DNA of 64,000 nt, taken from positions 1,302,001-1,366,000 of the forward strand of contig JBNRSN020000133.1 in assembly GCA_051313645.2 (NCBI GenBank). The letters run 5' to 3'. The notes under the pieces were generated by a model. That model worked only from the letters and a program-made list of their open reading frames with translations, had not been told where the DNA came from and did no database searches. Positions within the stretch are counted from its first letter, which is position 1; every line of letters begins with the position of its first letter. The translations under genes and the position numbers were made by a program. Origin of the DNA: Centroscyllium fabricii (lineage: Eukaryota). Of this stretch, positions 46,219 to 57,625 are shown piece by piece.

Positions 46219-49200
46219 GGTACACATATTTATTATGTTTTTGTCCAGTACCCCCGGACTCCTGTTCCTAGGCAGTTAGTTTAGTACCTGGGTACTCCTA
46301 TTAAATGTGTTTTAGTCCAGTACTCCCGGACTCCTGTTCCTAGGCAGTTAGTTTAGTACCTGAGTACTCGTATTTACTATACTTTAGTGTAGTACTCCCG
46401 GACTCCTTTTCACTAGGCAGGTAGTTTAGTACCTGGGTACTCCTATTTATTATGTTTTAGTCTAGTACTCACGGAGTCCTATTTACCAGGCAGTTATTTT
46501 AGTACCTGGGTACTCCTACTTACTGTGTTTTAGTCCAGTACTCCCGGACATCTGTTCACTCGGCAGTTAGTTTAGTCCCTGGGTACTCCTATTTACTTTA
46601 TTTTAATCTCGTACTCCCGTTCACCTATTCACAAGACAGTTAGTATAGTACCTGGGTACTCCTACTTATAATGTTTTAGTCCTATACTCGCGGACTCCTA
46701 TTCACTAGGTAGATAATTTCGTACCTGGGTACTCCTACTTACTATGATGTACTCCCGGAGTCCTATTTACTTGGCAGTTAGTTTAGTACCTGAGTACTCC
46801 TATTTACTGTGTTTTAGTCCTGTACTCCCGTTCACCTATTCACAAGACAGGTAGAATAGTACCTGGGTACTCCTATTTATTATGTTTTAGTCCAGTACTC
46901 CCGGACTCCTATTCACGAGGTAGCTAGTTTCGTACCTGGCTATTCCTATTTACTATATTTAGTCTAGTATTCCCGGACCCCTATTCACTAGGTAGTTAGT
47001 TTAGTAACTGGGTACTCCTATTTACTATGTTTAGTCCAGTACTCCTAGACTCGTATTCACTAGGCAGTTAGTTTAGTGCCTGGGTATTCCTATTTAATAT
47101 ATTTAGTCTAGTATTCCAGGACCCCTATTCACTAGGTAGTTAGGTTAGTACCTGACTCCTATTTACTATGTTTTAGTCCAGTACTCCAGGACTCCTGTTC
47201 ACTAGGCAGTTAGTATAGTACATGGGTATTTCTATTTACTATATTTAGTCTAGTATTCCCGGACCCCTATTCACTAGATAGTTAGTTTAGTACCTGGGTA
47301 CTCCTATTAACTATGTTTCAGTCCAGTACTCCCGGAATGCTGTTCACTAGGCAGTTACTTTAGTACCTGGGTACTCCTATTCACTATGTTTTAGTCCAGT
47401 ACTCCAGGACTCCTATTCACTTGTAGTTAATTTAGTACCGGGGTACTACTATTTACTATATTTCGTCCAGTACTCCTAGACTCCTATTCACTAGGCAGTT
47501 TGTTTAGTACCTGGGTATTCCTATTTACTATATTTAGTGTAGCATTCCAGGACCCTATTCACTAGGTAGTTAGTTTAGTACCTGACTCCTATTTACTATG
47601 TTTAGTCCAGTACTCCCGGACTCCTATTCACTAGGCAGTTAGTTTACTCCCTGGGTACTCCTATTTACTTTGTTTTAGTCTAGTACTCCCGGACGCCTAT
47701 TCACTAGGCAGCTAGTTTAGTACCAGGGTACTGCTATTTACTTTGTTTTAGTCTGTACTCCTAGACTCCTATTCACTAGGCAGTTTGTTTAGTACCGGGG
47801 TACTACTATTTACTATATTTCGTCCAGTACTCCTAGACTCCTATTCACTAGGCAGTTTGTTTAGTACCTGGGTATTCCTATTTACTATATTTAGTGTAGC
47901 ATTCCAGGACCCTATTCACTAGGTAGTTAGTTTAGTACCTGACTCCTATTTACTATGTTTAGTCCAGTACTCCCGGACTCCTATTCACTAGGCAGTTAGT
48001 TTACTCCCTGGGTACTCCTATTTACTTTGTTTTAGTCTAGCTTAGTACCTGGGTATACCTATTTATTATGTTTTACTTTAGTACTCCCGGACCCCTATTC
48101 ACTAGGTAGTTAGTTTAGTACCAGGGTACTCCTATTTACTGTGTTTTATTCCAGTACTCCCGGACTCCTATTCACTGGGCAGTTAGTTTAGTGCCTGGGT
48201 ACTCCTATTTCCTGTGTTTTAGTCTGGTACTCCCAGAATCCTCTTCACTAGGCAGTTAGATTAGTACCTGGGTACCGCTATTTACTATGTTATAATCCAG
48301 TACTACCGGAATCCTGTTCACTAGGCAGTTATTTTCGTACCTGGGTACTCCTATTTATTATGTTTTAGTCTAGTGCTCCGTGAATCCTATTAATAAGGTA
48401 GTTAGTTTAGTACCTGGGTACTCCTATTTATTATGCTATAGTCTAGTACTCCCGGACTCCTATTCACTAGGCAGTTAGTTTGGTACTGGGTACTCCTAAT
48501 TGCTATGTTTTAGTCGAGATCTCCCGGACGCCTGTTCAATAGGCAGTTAGTTTCGTACCTGGATACTCCTATTTTCTATATTTTAGTCCAGTACTCCCGG
48601 ACACCTATTCCCTCGGCAGTAAGTTTAGTGCCTGGGTACTCCTATTTATTATGTTTTAGTCTAGTACTCCCGGACTTCTATTCACTAGGCAGTTAGTTTA
48701 GTACCTGGGTACTCCTATTTACTATGTTTTCGTCCAATACTCCCGGACTCCAATACACTAGGCAGATAGGTTAGTACCTGGGTACACCTATTTACTGTGT
48801 TTTATTCCAATACTCCCGTCTACTATTCACTGGGCAGTTAGTTTAGTACCTGGGTACTTATATTTACTATGTTTTCGTCCAGTACTCCCGGAGACCTATA
48901 CACTGAGCAGTTACTCAGTACCTGGGTACTCCGATTTACTATATTTTAATCTAGTACTCCCGGACTCCTATTCACTAGGCAGCTAGTTCAGTACCTGGGT
49001 ACTCCTATTTACTCTGTTTTAGGCAAGTACTCCCGGACTCATATTCACTAGGCAGTTAGTTTAGTATCTGGGTACTCTTATTTACTATGTTTTAGTCCAG
49101 TACTCCCGGACCCCTATTCACTAGGCAGTTAGTTTAGTACCTGGGTACTCCTATTTACTATGTTTTAGTCCAGTACTGCGGGACCCCTATTCACTAGGCA

Positions 49201-49804
49201 GTTAGTTTAGTACCTTGGTCCTCCTATTTACTAGGTTTTAGTCCAGAACTCCCGGACCCCTATTCACTAGGTAGTTAGTTTAGTATCTGGGTACTCCTAG
49301 TTACTATGTTTTAGTACAGTACTCCCGGACCCCTATTCACTAGGCAGTTACTTTTGTACCTGAGTACTCCTATTTTGTATGTTTTAGTCCAGTACTCCCG
49401 GTCTGCTATTCACTAGGCAGTTAGTTTATTACCTAGGTACTCCTAATTACAATGTTTTAGTCCAGTACTCCCGGACTCCTATTCTCTAAGCAGTTTGCTT
49501 AGTACCTGGGTACTCCTATTTAATATGTTTTTAATCTGTGCCCCCGCACTATTATTTAGTGCGTTTTTTATCTGGTACCCCGACTCCTATTTACTAGGTT
49601 TTTAGTATAGTATCTAGATACTCCTATTTGTTATGTTTTTAGTTTAGAACCTGCGTGCACCTATTTACTACTGGGCCATATTCTGCTGCCCCTACAGATA
49701 CGTACCCGGTGTGTAGACACCCAAAGGTGCTGCGCAAGTTGTGGTTTTAGGCATTTGAAGCACTTGCACTCAAACCAGGAACATGCGATCTGGCAGCTAC
49801 TTTC

Positions 49805-50562
49805 CTGACAGATCGACTGCATCCCCAGGAGAAGGTCCTGACTGGTCGCAGGCATCCCCAGGAGACGGTCCTGACAGATCGCCTGCATCGCCAGGAGAAG
49901 GTCCTGACAGGGCGCAGCCATCCCCAGGAGAAGGTCGTGACAGATCGCATGCATCCCCAGGAGATGGTCCTGACAGTACCCCTGCATCCCCAGGAAAAGG
50001 TCCTGACAGATCGCATGCATCCCTAGGAGGTGGTCCTGACAGGTCTCCTGTATCCCCAGGAGAAGTTCCTGACAGGTCGCAGGCATCCCCAGGGGAAGTT
50101 ACTGACAGATTGCAGGCATCCCCAGGGGAAGTTCCTGACAAATCGCATGCATCCCCAGGAGGAGGTCCTGACAAATCGCTTGCATCCCCAGGAGAAGGTC
50201 CTGACAGATCGCATGTATCCCCAGGAGAAGCTCCTGACAGGTCGCATGTATCCCCAGGAGAAGCTCCTGACAGGTCGCATGCATCCCCAGGAGAAGGTCG
50301 TTACAGATTGCATGCATCCCTAGGAGGTGGTCCTGACAGGTCTCCTGCATCCCCAGGAGAAGTTCCTGACAGGTCGCAGGCATCCCCAGGAGAAGGTCGT
50401 GACAGATCGTATGTAACCCCAGGAGAAGCTCCTGACAGGTCGCATGTATCCCCAGGAGAAGCTCCTGACAGGTCACATGCATCCCCAGGAGAAGGGCCTG
50501 ACAGGTCGCATGTATCCCCAGGCGAAGGTCCTGACAGATCGCAGGAATCCACAGGGGAAGGT
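49805..50562 (+). repeat. 33-bp minisatellite (GCATCCCCAGGAGAAGGTCCTGACAGATCGCAT)n, ~23 units
   Basis: Direct reading; gives the 11-aa repeat ORF ASPGEGPDRSH. Confidence 0.95.
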
Positions 50563-50989
50563 CGTCCACGGGTGGCGATTTGCACTTTTTGCCCTGCTGC
50601 TGCCCAGCGAATGCCTGTGAAAATGATATGCCTGGCAGAAGCAGCTGTAAGGCGTGCTTTCACCAGCATAAGCGTCTTAGAAATGTAAAAATATATTTTT
50701 CATTTATTTAAATTTGAAACATATGTACATTTAGGTAAGTTTATTTGCAGACCATTTAAAATTGGTTAATTTATTTTACAAAATAATATTATTTTTGTTT
50801 TAATCGTTTAGTTATTTTGTTTTTAAATAATAATATTTTGTTCATTTGTAATGTTATATTTATATTTATAATAATATACTTCCTGTACTACTCGTACACT
50901 ACTTGCCAGTGCATTCTGTCTTAAATAAAACTAGGCCACACTCGGGTTAGGGTACATTGTTAGAGTTGCATTTCCTTATATTTGCAATC

Positions 50990-51373
50990 ACACGGTGGCA
51001 CACTGGTTAGCACGTTTGTCTCACAGCTCTGGAGATCCGGGTTCAAATCCAGCCTTGGGTACTATCTGTGTGGAGTTTGCACATTCTCCCCGTGTCTGCG
51101 TGGGTTTCCTTCGGGTGCTCCGGTTTCCTCCCACAGTCCAAAGCTGTGCGGGTTAGGTTAATTGGCCATGATAAATTGACCCTTAGTGTTAGGGCGAGTG
51201 AATATGTGGGGTTACGGGGATAGGGTGTGATATGTGTCGATGAAGGCTCGATAGGGATCGAGGCATATGGGGAGAGGTCAGGGGCGGGGTACTGGGTTTG
51301 GATGATCAGCCATGATCTCATTGAATGGCGGAGCAGGCACGAATGGCCTGCTCCTGCTCCTATCTTCTATGTT
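50990..51373 (+). mobile_element. HE1-type V-SINE
   Basis: tRNA head, V-domain and CR1-type tail. Confidence 0.9.
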
Positions 51374-52703
51374 TAGCAGATTGAGCCAATTCTCACCCAG
51401 CTTTGTATCTGTCTATCGGTTTCTATCTCTCTATCTATCTCTGTGTCCATCTATCTTACTCTAAAGATATCTAACTGTCTATCTACATACCTCAATATCT
51501 CTTATGCACACACATATAGAAGTATCATGCAATTGCCCTGGGAGAGTCAAAAAGCAAGTGTTGTCTTCAGAGACAGTGTCCACGGGATAATTGGTCTAAC
51601 GTATGAGGATGTAATTAAGATCCCTTTCCATAACCCTGCATTCTGCCATTATATTGCATTATAAATTCCAAACTCCACATTTGTAATTTAGATGGACAAC
51701 CGACACTTATCACGCTGTAATTACACATACCAGCCAGTAGTAGTGCTGTAGTAATGTTTAAGCTGTCCCCACCTCACCTTATTGTACTACAGGGAACGTT
51801 CTATGTTACAACCAGCTGCGCTTCTCTGCTCCCGAAATTGCCGATGGTTTTGGTATTTAGCTTTAATTTTGCTAATATAAAACCAAAGTTTTATCTAAAA
51901 CGTAGGGAATGATGTATGGCATTGAAATCGGAAATGTATGCACTTATGCATCATGTGAGATTGACACGTATATAAACAATTCACCGGAATAATAAGCAGC
52001 AGATGGGAATATACAAAGAGGTACAGTAGACCAGAAAATTGCAAATGAACATATGCATTAATCGTGTGGGTAAATGAAAAAACAGATCCTATTCACTCCA
52101 GCAATGTGTGAGGTTGTGTACTTTGCATGTAAGTTTGGTAGCTGGGAATAATGTGGAAATGGCGATGTTTGGTGGAGATATACATGAACAAGCGATGTCG
52201 TTGCCCAGGTCAATATGTCACTGAACACTAACAGATGATCAAATGGATTATTAGGTTTCTGGGATACACATCAAGAGGTATAGAATAAACAGCAGGTTCA
52301 ACAGACCGCCAATCGCAGTTCAATTGCAATACCATGTTCAGTTTTTAGATAACATACAGTAACTAACCTAGGTTTACTAGCAGTCCAGTGACAAACCACA
52401 TGGATGGTCATATTTCTCTGAAAATTGTATAAATGTTGCTGTACATATAATCGGGGTTAACACATGAATGCCTTGTCATTGATACACTGGCAGAGACACG
52501 CGACTAGTGAGGCTGCCAGGCCTTAGGGTTGAGCCCATTCATTTCTGGAGGATAACTGTCCAAAGACAGAAAGCTCCAGACATTTCAGAACAATAATCTA
52601 TCATCCTGCCTTTTATTGCACGGTTTGACTATTCAGTCTGATTGAGTATCGTCTTTCTCACACCGTTGCTCACTGTGTTATCATTCTATTGTTTTATCTG
52701 CAG

Positions 52704-52712
52704 GTTCACTAG
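52704..52712 (+). CDS. IgNAR: Probable IgNAR TM2 exon (Val-His-stop; cytoplasmic tail K-V-H)
   Basis: Strong acceptor CTATTGTTTTATCTGCAG|GTT CAC TAG in unique sequence; phase 0 matches the TM1 donor; analogous to the KVK tail of membrane IgM. No closer candidate was noticed. Confidence 0.7.
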   Translation, partial: VH

Positions 52713-53351
52713 CGCCCGATTGTCCAGAAGGTACTTCCGGTTATTAATTAGGGTCATTATGGGAAAGACCGTCGAATGCTGAACACAGACGGGACTGGAT
52801 TGCTTCACTCGCTCATCATTATCGGCTGGTGCACGGCATAACTTCAACTCATATTACTACATAGTCTCACCCAAACCATAACAACTGTTTGCTTTCTGTT
52901 CTTTCATGAGCTAATTTCTTATTTTTGAATTGCTATGTGTCATTGTTGAATAGAATTCCACGTAAATGTGGAAAAACCTTGAGCCGGGAAAATCCCGCCG
53001 AATCGTTTAATATCAGCTAAGTGTTGAATATCCAGGAGGACAGCTTGGAATTTACTGTAACTGGAGAAAATTCGATGTCATATTTTATTTAAATGCGGCA
53101 TTGGATAAAGGCTCATTTTATTAAGACATTGGTGAGTGACGCTCTCTCTGAATATTCAATCGCACAGAACCAGGCAGTCTTCCGAATGATTAACTATTTT
53201 GTTTAACATCTTTTGATATAATTTAACTTTAAATTTGCTAATGCTTTATGATTGAAAGGCAACCAATTAGTAAGAATGGCCTAACCTTTGTGAGTCCAAT
53301 GCTCCCCTGTAAGATTGGCTGATTGGTCGCTCCCTTGCCTTTGGGCAAATC

Positions 53352-53760
53352 AGGCATGGTGGCACAGTGGTTAGCACTGTTGCCTTACAGCACTGGAGAC
53401 CCGGGTTCACATTCAGCCTCGGGTACTATCTGTGTGGAGTTTGCACATTCTCCCCGTGTCTGCGTGGGTTTCCTCCGGGTGCTCCGGTTTCCTCCCACAG
53501 TCCAAAGATGTGCGGGTTAGGTTGATTGGCCAGGATAAATTGACCCTTAATGTTAGGGGGATTGAATATGTGGGGTTACGTGGATAGGGTGGGATGTGTG
53601 TCGGTGCAGGCTCGATAGGGATCGAGGCATATGGGGACAAGGCACGGACGGTACTCGGTTTGGATGATCAGCCATGATCTCATCGAATGGCGGAGCAGGC
53701 TCGAGGGGCCAAATGGCCTACTCCTGCTCCTATCTTCTATGTTTCTATGTTTCTATGTTT
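53352..53760 (+). mobile_element. HE1-type V-SINE
   Basis: tRNA head, V-domain and (TTTCTATG)n tail. Confidence 0.9.
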
Positions 53761-54013
53761 CAGGTGTCACTCCAGCACCACATCCCAGAATATCGTTTGA
53801 CACTCCCAATGCAGCACTAGGGGAGACCTGCATTGTCACACATGCCCCGTCAAATCGCCGATTCGATAAAAACCAAACCGTGTCTGCCAGTACAGAGCTG
53901 CGGAATTATACAGTGGCCATAATTCACACTTTACTGAAAATAACAAATACAAACCATCATTTGGAGCTGTCATTCATCACAATTGAGGGATCTAACTGTT
54001 TTTAAATTGTCTA

Positions 54014-54019
54014 AATAAA
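54014..54019 (+). terminator. Candidate polyadenylation signal for the membrane form
   Basis: First AATAAA noticed downstream of the putative TM2 stop. Confidence 0.35.
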
Positions 54020-54927
54020 AACAGTAACCGAGGTCCGCTGGAGTATTCGGGTTCAGTAACCACATTGACGCCTTCAAGGTCGACTCGTTGTGCATAATTC
54101 CCGAAAGGCAGATATTGATTATTGCTGCCGACTGTGTGTATCATTATTTACAGCCTGCTGTGAGCACCTGTATCCCGTCAGTCTGTGACTGGGAGGAGTT
54201 GTTCACCGAAGCCGAGTGAATGATATTCACTCCACCAATGGCTCCACCGCCGCACCAGCTGCAGCAGAATCCCACGGAAACTATTACAGACCTCGGGTGA
54301 CACATCCCAGCTGAAATTTCTAGGCTCCAATTGTGAACTGGGATTTGTAAAATCGATTACTAAATGTTTTGAATCATTATGCAGGATTTACTCATTGTAT
54401 AATTAATTGGATCTGAAAATAATGTTGGCGCAGATTAGATGTTAGAATGGCCTATGACAGGGGTTTGAGATTTACATGTATTTTATAGGAGCACAGCTGG
54501 TTAGGGAAAATATGCAGAACTGAAACACCCGACTATTGTTATATCACATGACTGGAAACTGAGATTGCTGGGCGTTCAGCCGGGTCTGAGAAACTATGTT
54601 CGTGACGATATTTGTTAGCAGAACCTTGAAACTGCAGGATTATTTCCTTCGTCGGTCATTTGTTAACCATATAATCGCAGTGTCGCTGGGAACAGTAATC
54701 ATTGAAACTTTCCTACCGCTTTCCTGAGGTCTTGGACACAAAGCCATGGGTGAAAATCTTCCCCGTGGATTTTGGATTAGTCAAAACCCGTAGACTGTCC
54801 AGGAATTCCCTGTTAGCAAAGCGTGAAATGCAGCAATCTGAATATTACATGGTTGATCTGACTGCACTCAAGCTCTCCAGTAAAAGTTTCAATTCCTCTA
54901 CTCGCTATTTTCATTGGTAGCTCATAT

Positions 54928-55287
54928 GGACGACACGGTGGCGCAGTGGTTAGCACTGCTGCCTCGCAATAAGGAGCTCCTGGGGTCGAATCCTGCTTGG
55001 CCCGGGACCTCTCTGCGTGGAGTTTGCATGTTCTTCCCGTGTTCATGCGGGTTTCCTCCGGATACTCGAGTTTCCTCCCACCACCCAAAGGCATGCAGGT
55101 TAGGTAAATTCGAGATACTAAATAAATAAAAAATGCCTATCTGTGTGCGATATAGTTCTTAGAGTTGGGGGTGTCGGATGATATGGGTCAGAGGGGAGTG
55201 TTGGGTTTGGATGATTAGCCACTATTTCATTGAATGGCGGAGCAGGCTCTAATGGCCTACTCGCGCTCCTATCTTCTGTGTTTCTGT
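54928..55287 (+). mobile_element. Diverged V-SINE
   Basis: GACACGGTGGCGCAGTGGTTAGCACT head, degenerate V-domain, CR1-type tail. Confidence 0.8.
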
Positions 55288-55667
55288 ATATGTGATAGTG
55301 AAGATTTCGTCAGTTTTACATAACTTGTGCAATCTTTAAGAGGAGATAGTTGGTTTGGTTAGCGATTTTTAACAGAGGAACTCCTCACCAAGGTTTTTCT
55401 GATATTTGAATTCCATTTAAACTAAATAACGCCATGAATGCCCATTGGCGACAATTATATCTGGACCTGTGTGCCAGATCTGACGCTTGGCTACAAGCCC
55501 TGGTTCAGAATTCTTGTGCAATTGCGCTGCAGTGATATGATGACTGCCTTCAAATAAAAATCCCTGATTCGCTAATTCCGACCAAATATTTAACAAATGT
55601 TAAAAGATTCGTTATATATTTGTCAAGAAATACCGAGCAGAGGGAACCTACATCAGAGCCTGTGAAA

Positions 55668-57625
55668 ATTCACTGTCCGTAGCTAGAGATGGATTCTCCC
55701 CTGTAGCTAATGTCAGTGAAAGTCACTGTCCATAGTTAGAGATGGATTCTCACCTGTGTCTAATGTAAGTGTTAGTCACTGTCCATAGCAAGAGATGGAT
55801 TCTCCCCTATATCTAATGTCAGGGAAAGTCACTGTCCATAGTTAGAGATGGATTCTCCCCTGTATCTAATGTCAGTGAAAGTCACCGTCCATAGTTAGAG
55901 ATGGATTCTCCCCTGTGTCTAATGTAAGTGTTAGTCACTGTCCATAGCAAGAGATGGATTCTCCCCTATATCTAATGTCAGGGAAAGTCACTGTCCATAG
56001 TTAGAGATGGATTCTCCCCTGTATCTCATGTCAGTGAAAGTCACTGTCCATAGTTAGAGATGGATTATCAACTGTATCTAATGTCAGTGAAAGTCACTGT
56101 CCATAGTTAGAGATGGATTCTCCCCTGAATCTAATGTCAGTGAAAGTCACTGTCTATAGTTAGAGATGGATTCTCCCATGTATCTAATGTCAGTGAACGT
56201 CACTGTCCATAGTTAGAGGTGGATTCTCCCCTGTATCTAATGTCAGTGAAAGTCACTGTCCATAGTTAGAGATGGATTCTCTCCTGTAACTAATGTCAGT
56301 GAAAGTCACTGTCCATAGTTAGAGATGGATTCTCTCCTGTAACTAATGTCAGTGAAAGTCCCTGTCCATAGTTAGAGATGGATTCCCCCCTGTAACTAAT
56401 GTCAGTGAAAGTCACTGTCCATAGTTAAAGATGGATTCCCCCCTGTAACAAATGTCAGTGAAAGTCACTGTCCATAGTTAGAGATGGATTATCAACTGTA
56501 TCTAATGTCAGTGAAAGTCACTGTCCATAGTGAGAGATGGATTCTCCCCTGAATCTAATATCAGTGAAAGTCACTGTACATAGTTAGAGATGGATTCTCA
56601 CCTGTATCTAATGTCATTTAAAGTCACTGTCCATAGTTAGAGATGGTTTCTCCCCTGTATCTAATGTCAGTGAATGTCACTGTTCATAGTTAGAGATGGA
56701 TTCTCCACTGTTTCTAATGTCAGTGAATGTCACTGTTCATAGTTAGAGATGGATTCTCTCCTGTAACTAATGTCAGTGAAAGTCACTGTCCATGGCCATA
56801 GATGGATTATCACCTGTAACTAATGTCAGTGAAAGTCACTGTCCATAGTTATAGATGGATTCTCCCCTGTATCTAATGTCAGTGAAAGTCACTGTCCATG
56901 GCCATAGATGGATTATCTCCTGTAACTAATGTCAGTGAAAGTCACTGTCCATAGTTAGAGATGGATTATATCCTGTATCTAATGTCAGTGAAAGTCACTG
57001 TCCATAGTTAGTGATGTATTATCACCTGTAACTAATGTCAGTGAAAGTCACTGTCCATAGTTAGAGATGGATTCTACGCTGCATCTAATGTCAGTGAAAG
57101 TCACTGTCCATTGTTAGAGATGAATTATCACCTGTAACTAATGTCAGTGAAAGTCACTGTGCATAGTTAGAGATGGATTCTCCCTTGTATCTAATGTCAG
57201 TGAAAGTCACTGTCCATAGTTAGAGACGGATTCTCCCCTGAATCTAATGTCAGTGAAAGTCACTGTCCATAGTTAAAGATGGATTATCACCTGTAACTAA
57301 TGTCAGTGAAAGTCACTGTCCATAGTTAGAAATGGATTATCCCTTGTATCTAATGTCAGTGAAAGTCACTCTCCATAGTTAGAGATGGATTCTCCCCAGT
57401 AACTAATGTCAGTGAAAGTCACTGTCCATATTTAGAGATGGATTCTCCCCTGTAACTAATGTCAGTGAAAGTCACTGTCCATATTTAGAGATCGATTCCC
57501 CCCTGAATCTAATGTCAGTAAAAGTCACTGTCCATAATTAGAGATGGATTCTCCCCTGTATCTAATGTCAGTCAAAGTCACTGTCCATAGTTATAGATGG
57601 ATTCTCCCGTGTATCTAACTTCAGC
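55668..57625. repeat. 53-bp minisatellite, ~37 units
   Basis: ATGTCAGTGAAAGTCACTGTCCATAGTTAGAGATGGATTCTCCCCTGTATCTA with period 53. Confidence 0.97.

Larger units (their letters stand above)
39690..49670. repeat. 73-bp satellite (dimer of 37+36-bp subunits), roughly 90 units, split by a CR1 and a solo LTR
   Basis: TAGTCCAGTACTCCCGGACTCCTATTCACTAGGCAGT-TAGTTTAGTACCTGGGTACTCCTATTTACTATGTTT with period 73 (e.g. 49081 to 49154); blocks 39690-41755 and 44826-49670. Confidence 0.97.

Noticed and set aside
39690-49670. Regular ~36-bp periodic array resembling a CRISPR array
   Set aside because: Both alternating subunits repeat, so there are no unique spacers; no cas genes; the context is a vertebrate intron. 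It is a satellite.
49783-50688. 301-aa ORF with an ASPGEGPDRSH repeat
   Set aside because: In-frame 33-bp minisatellite that is open in several frames on both strands; no evidence of a gene.
55668-57625. CACTGTC in each 53-bp unit as a cryptic RSS array
   Set aside because: No A-rich nonamer at either spacing on either strand.
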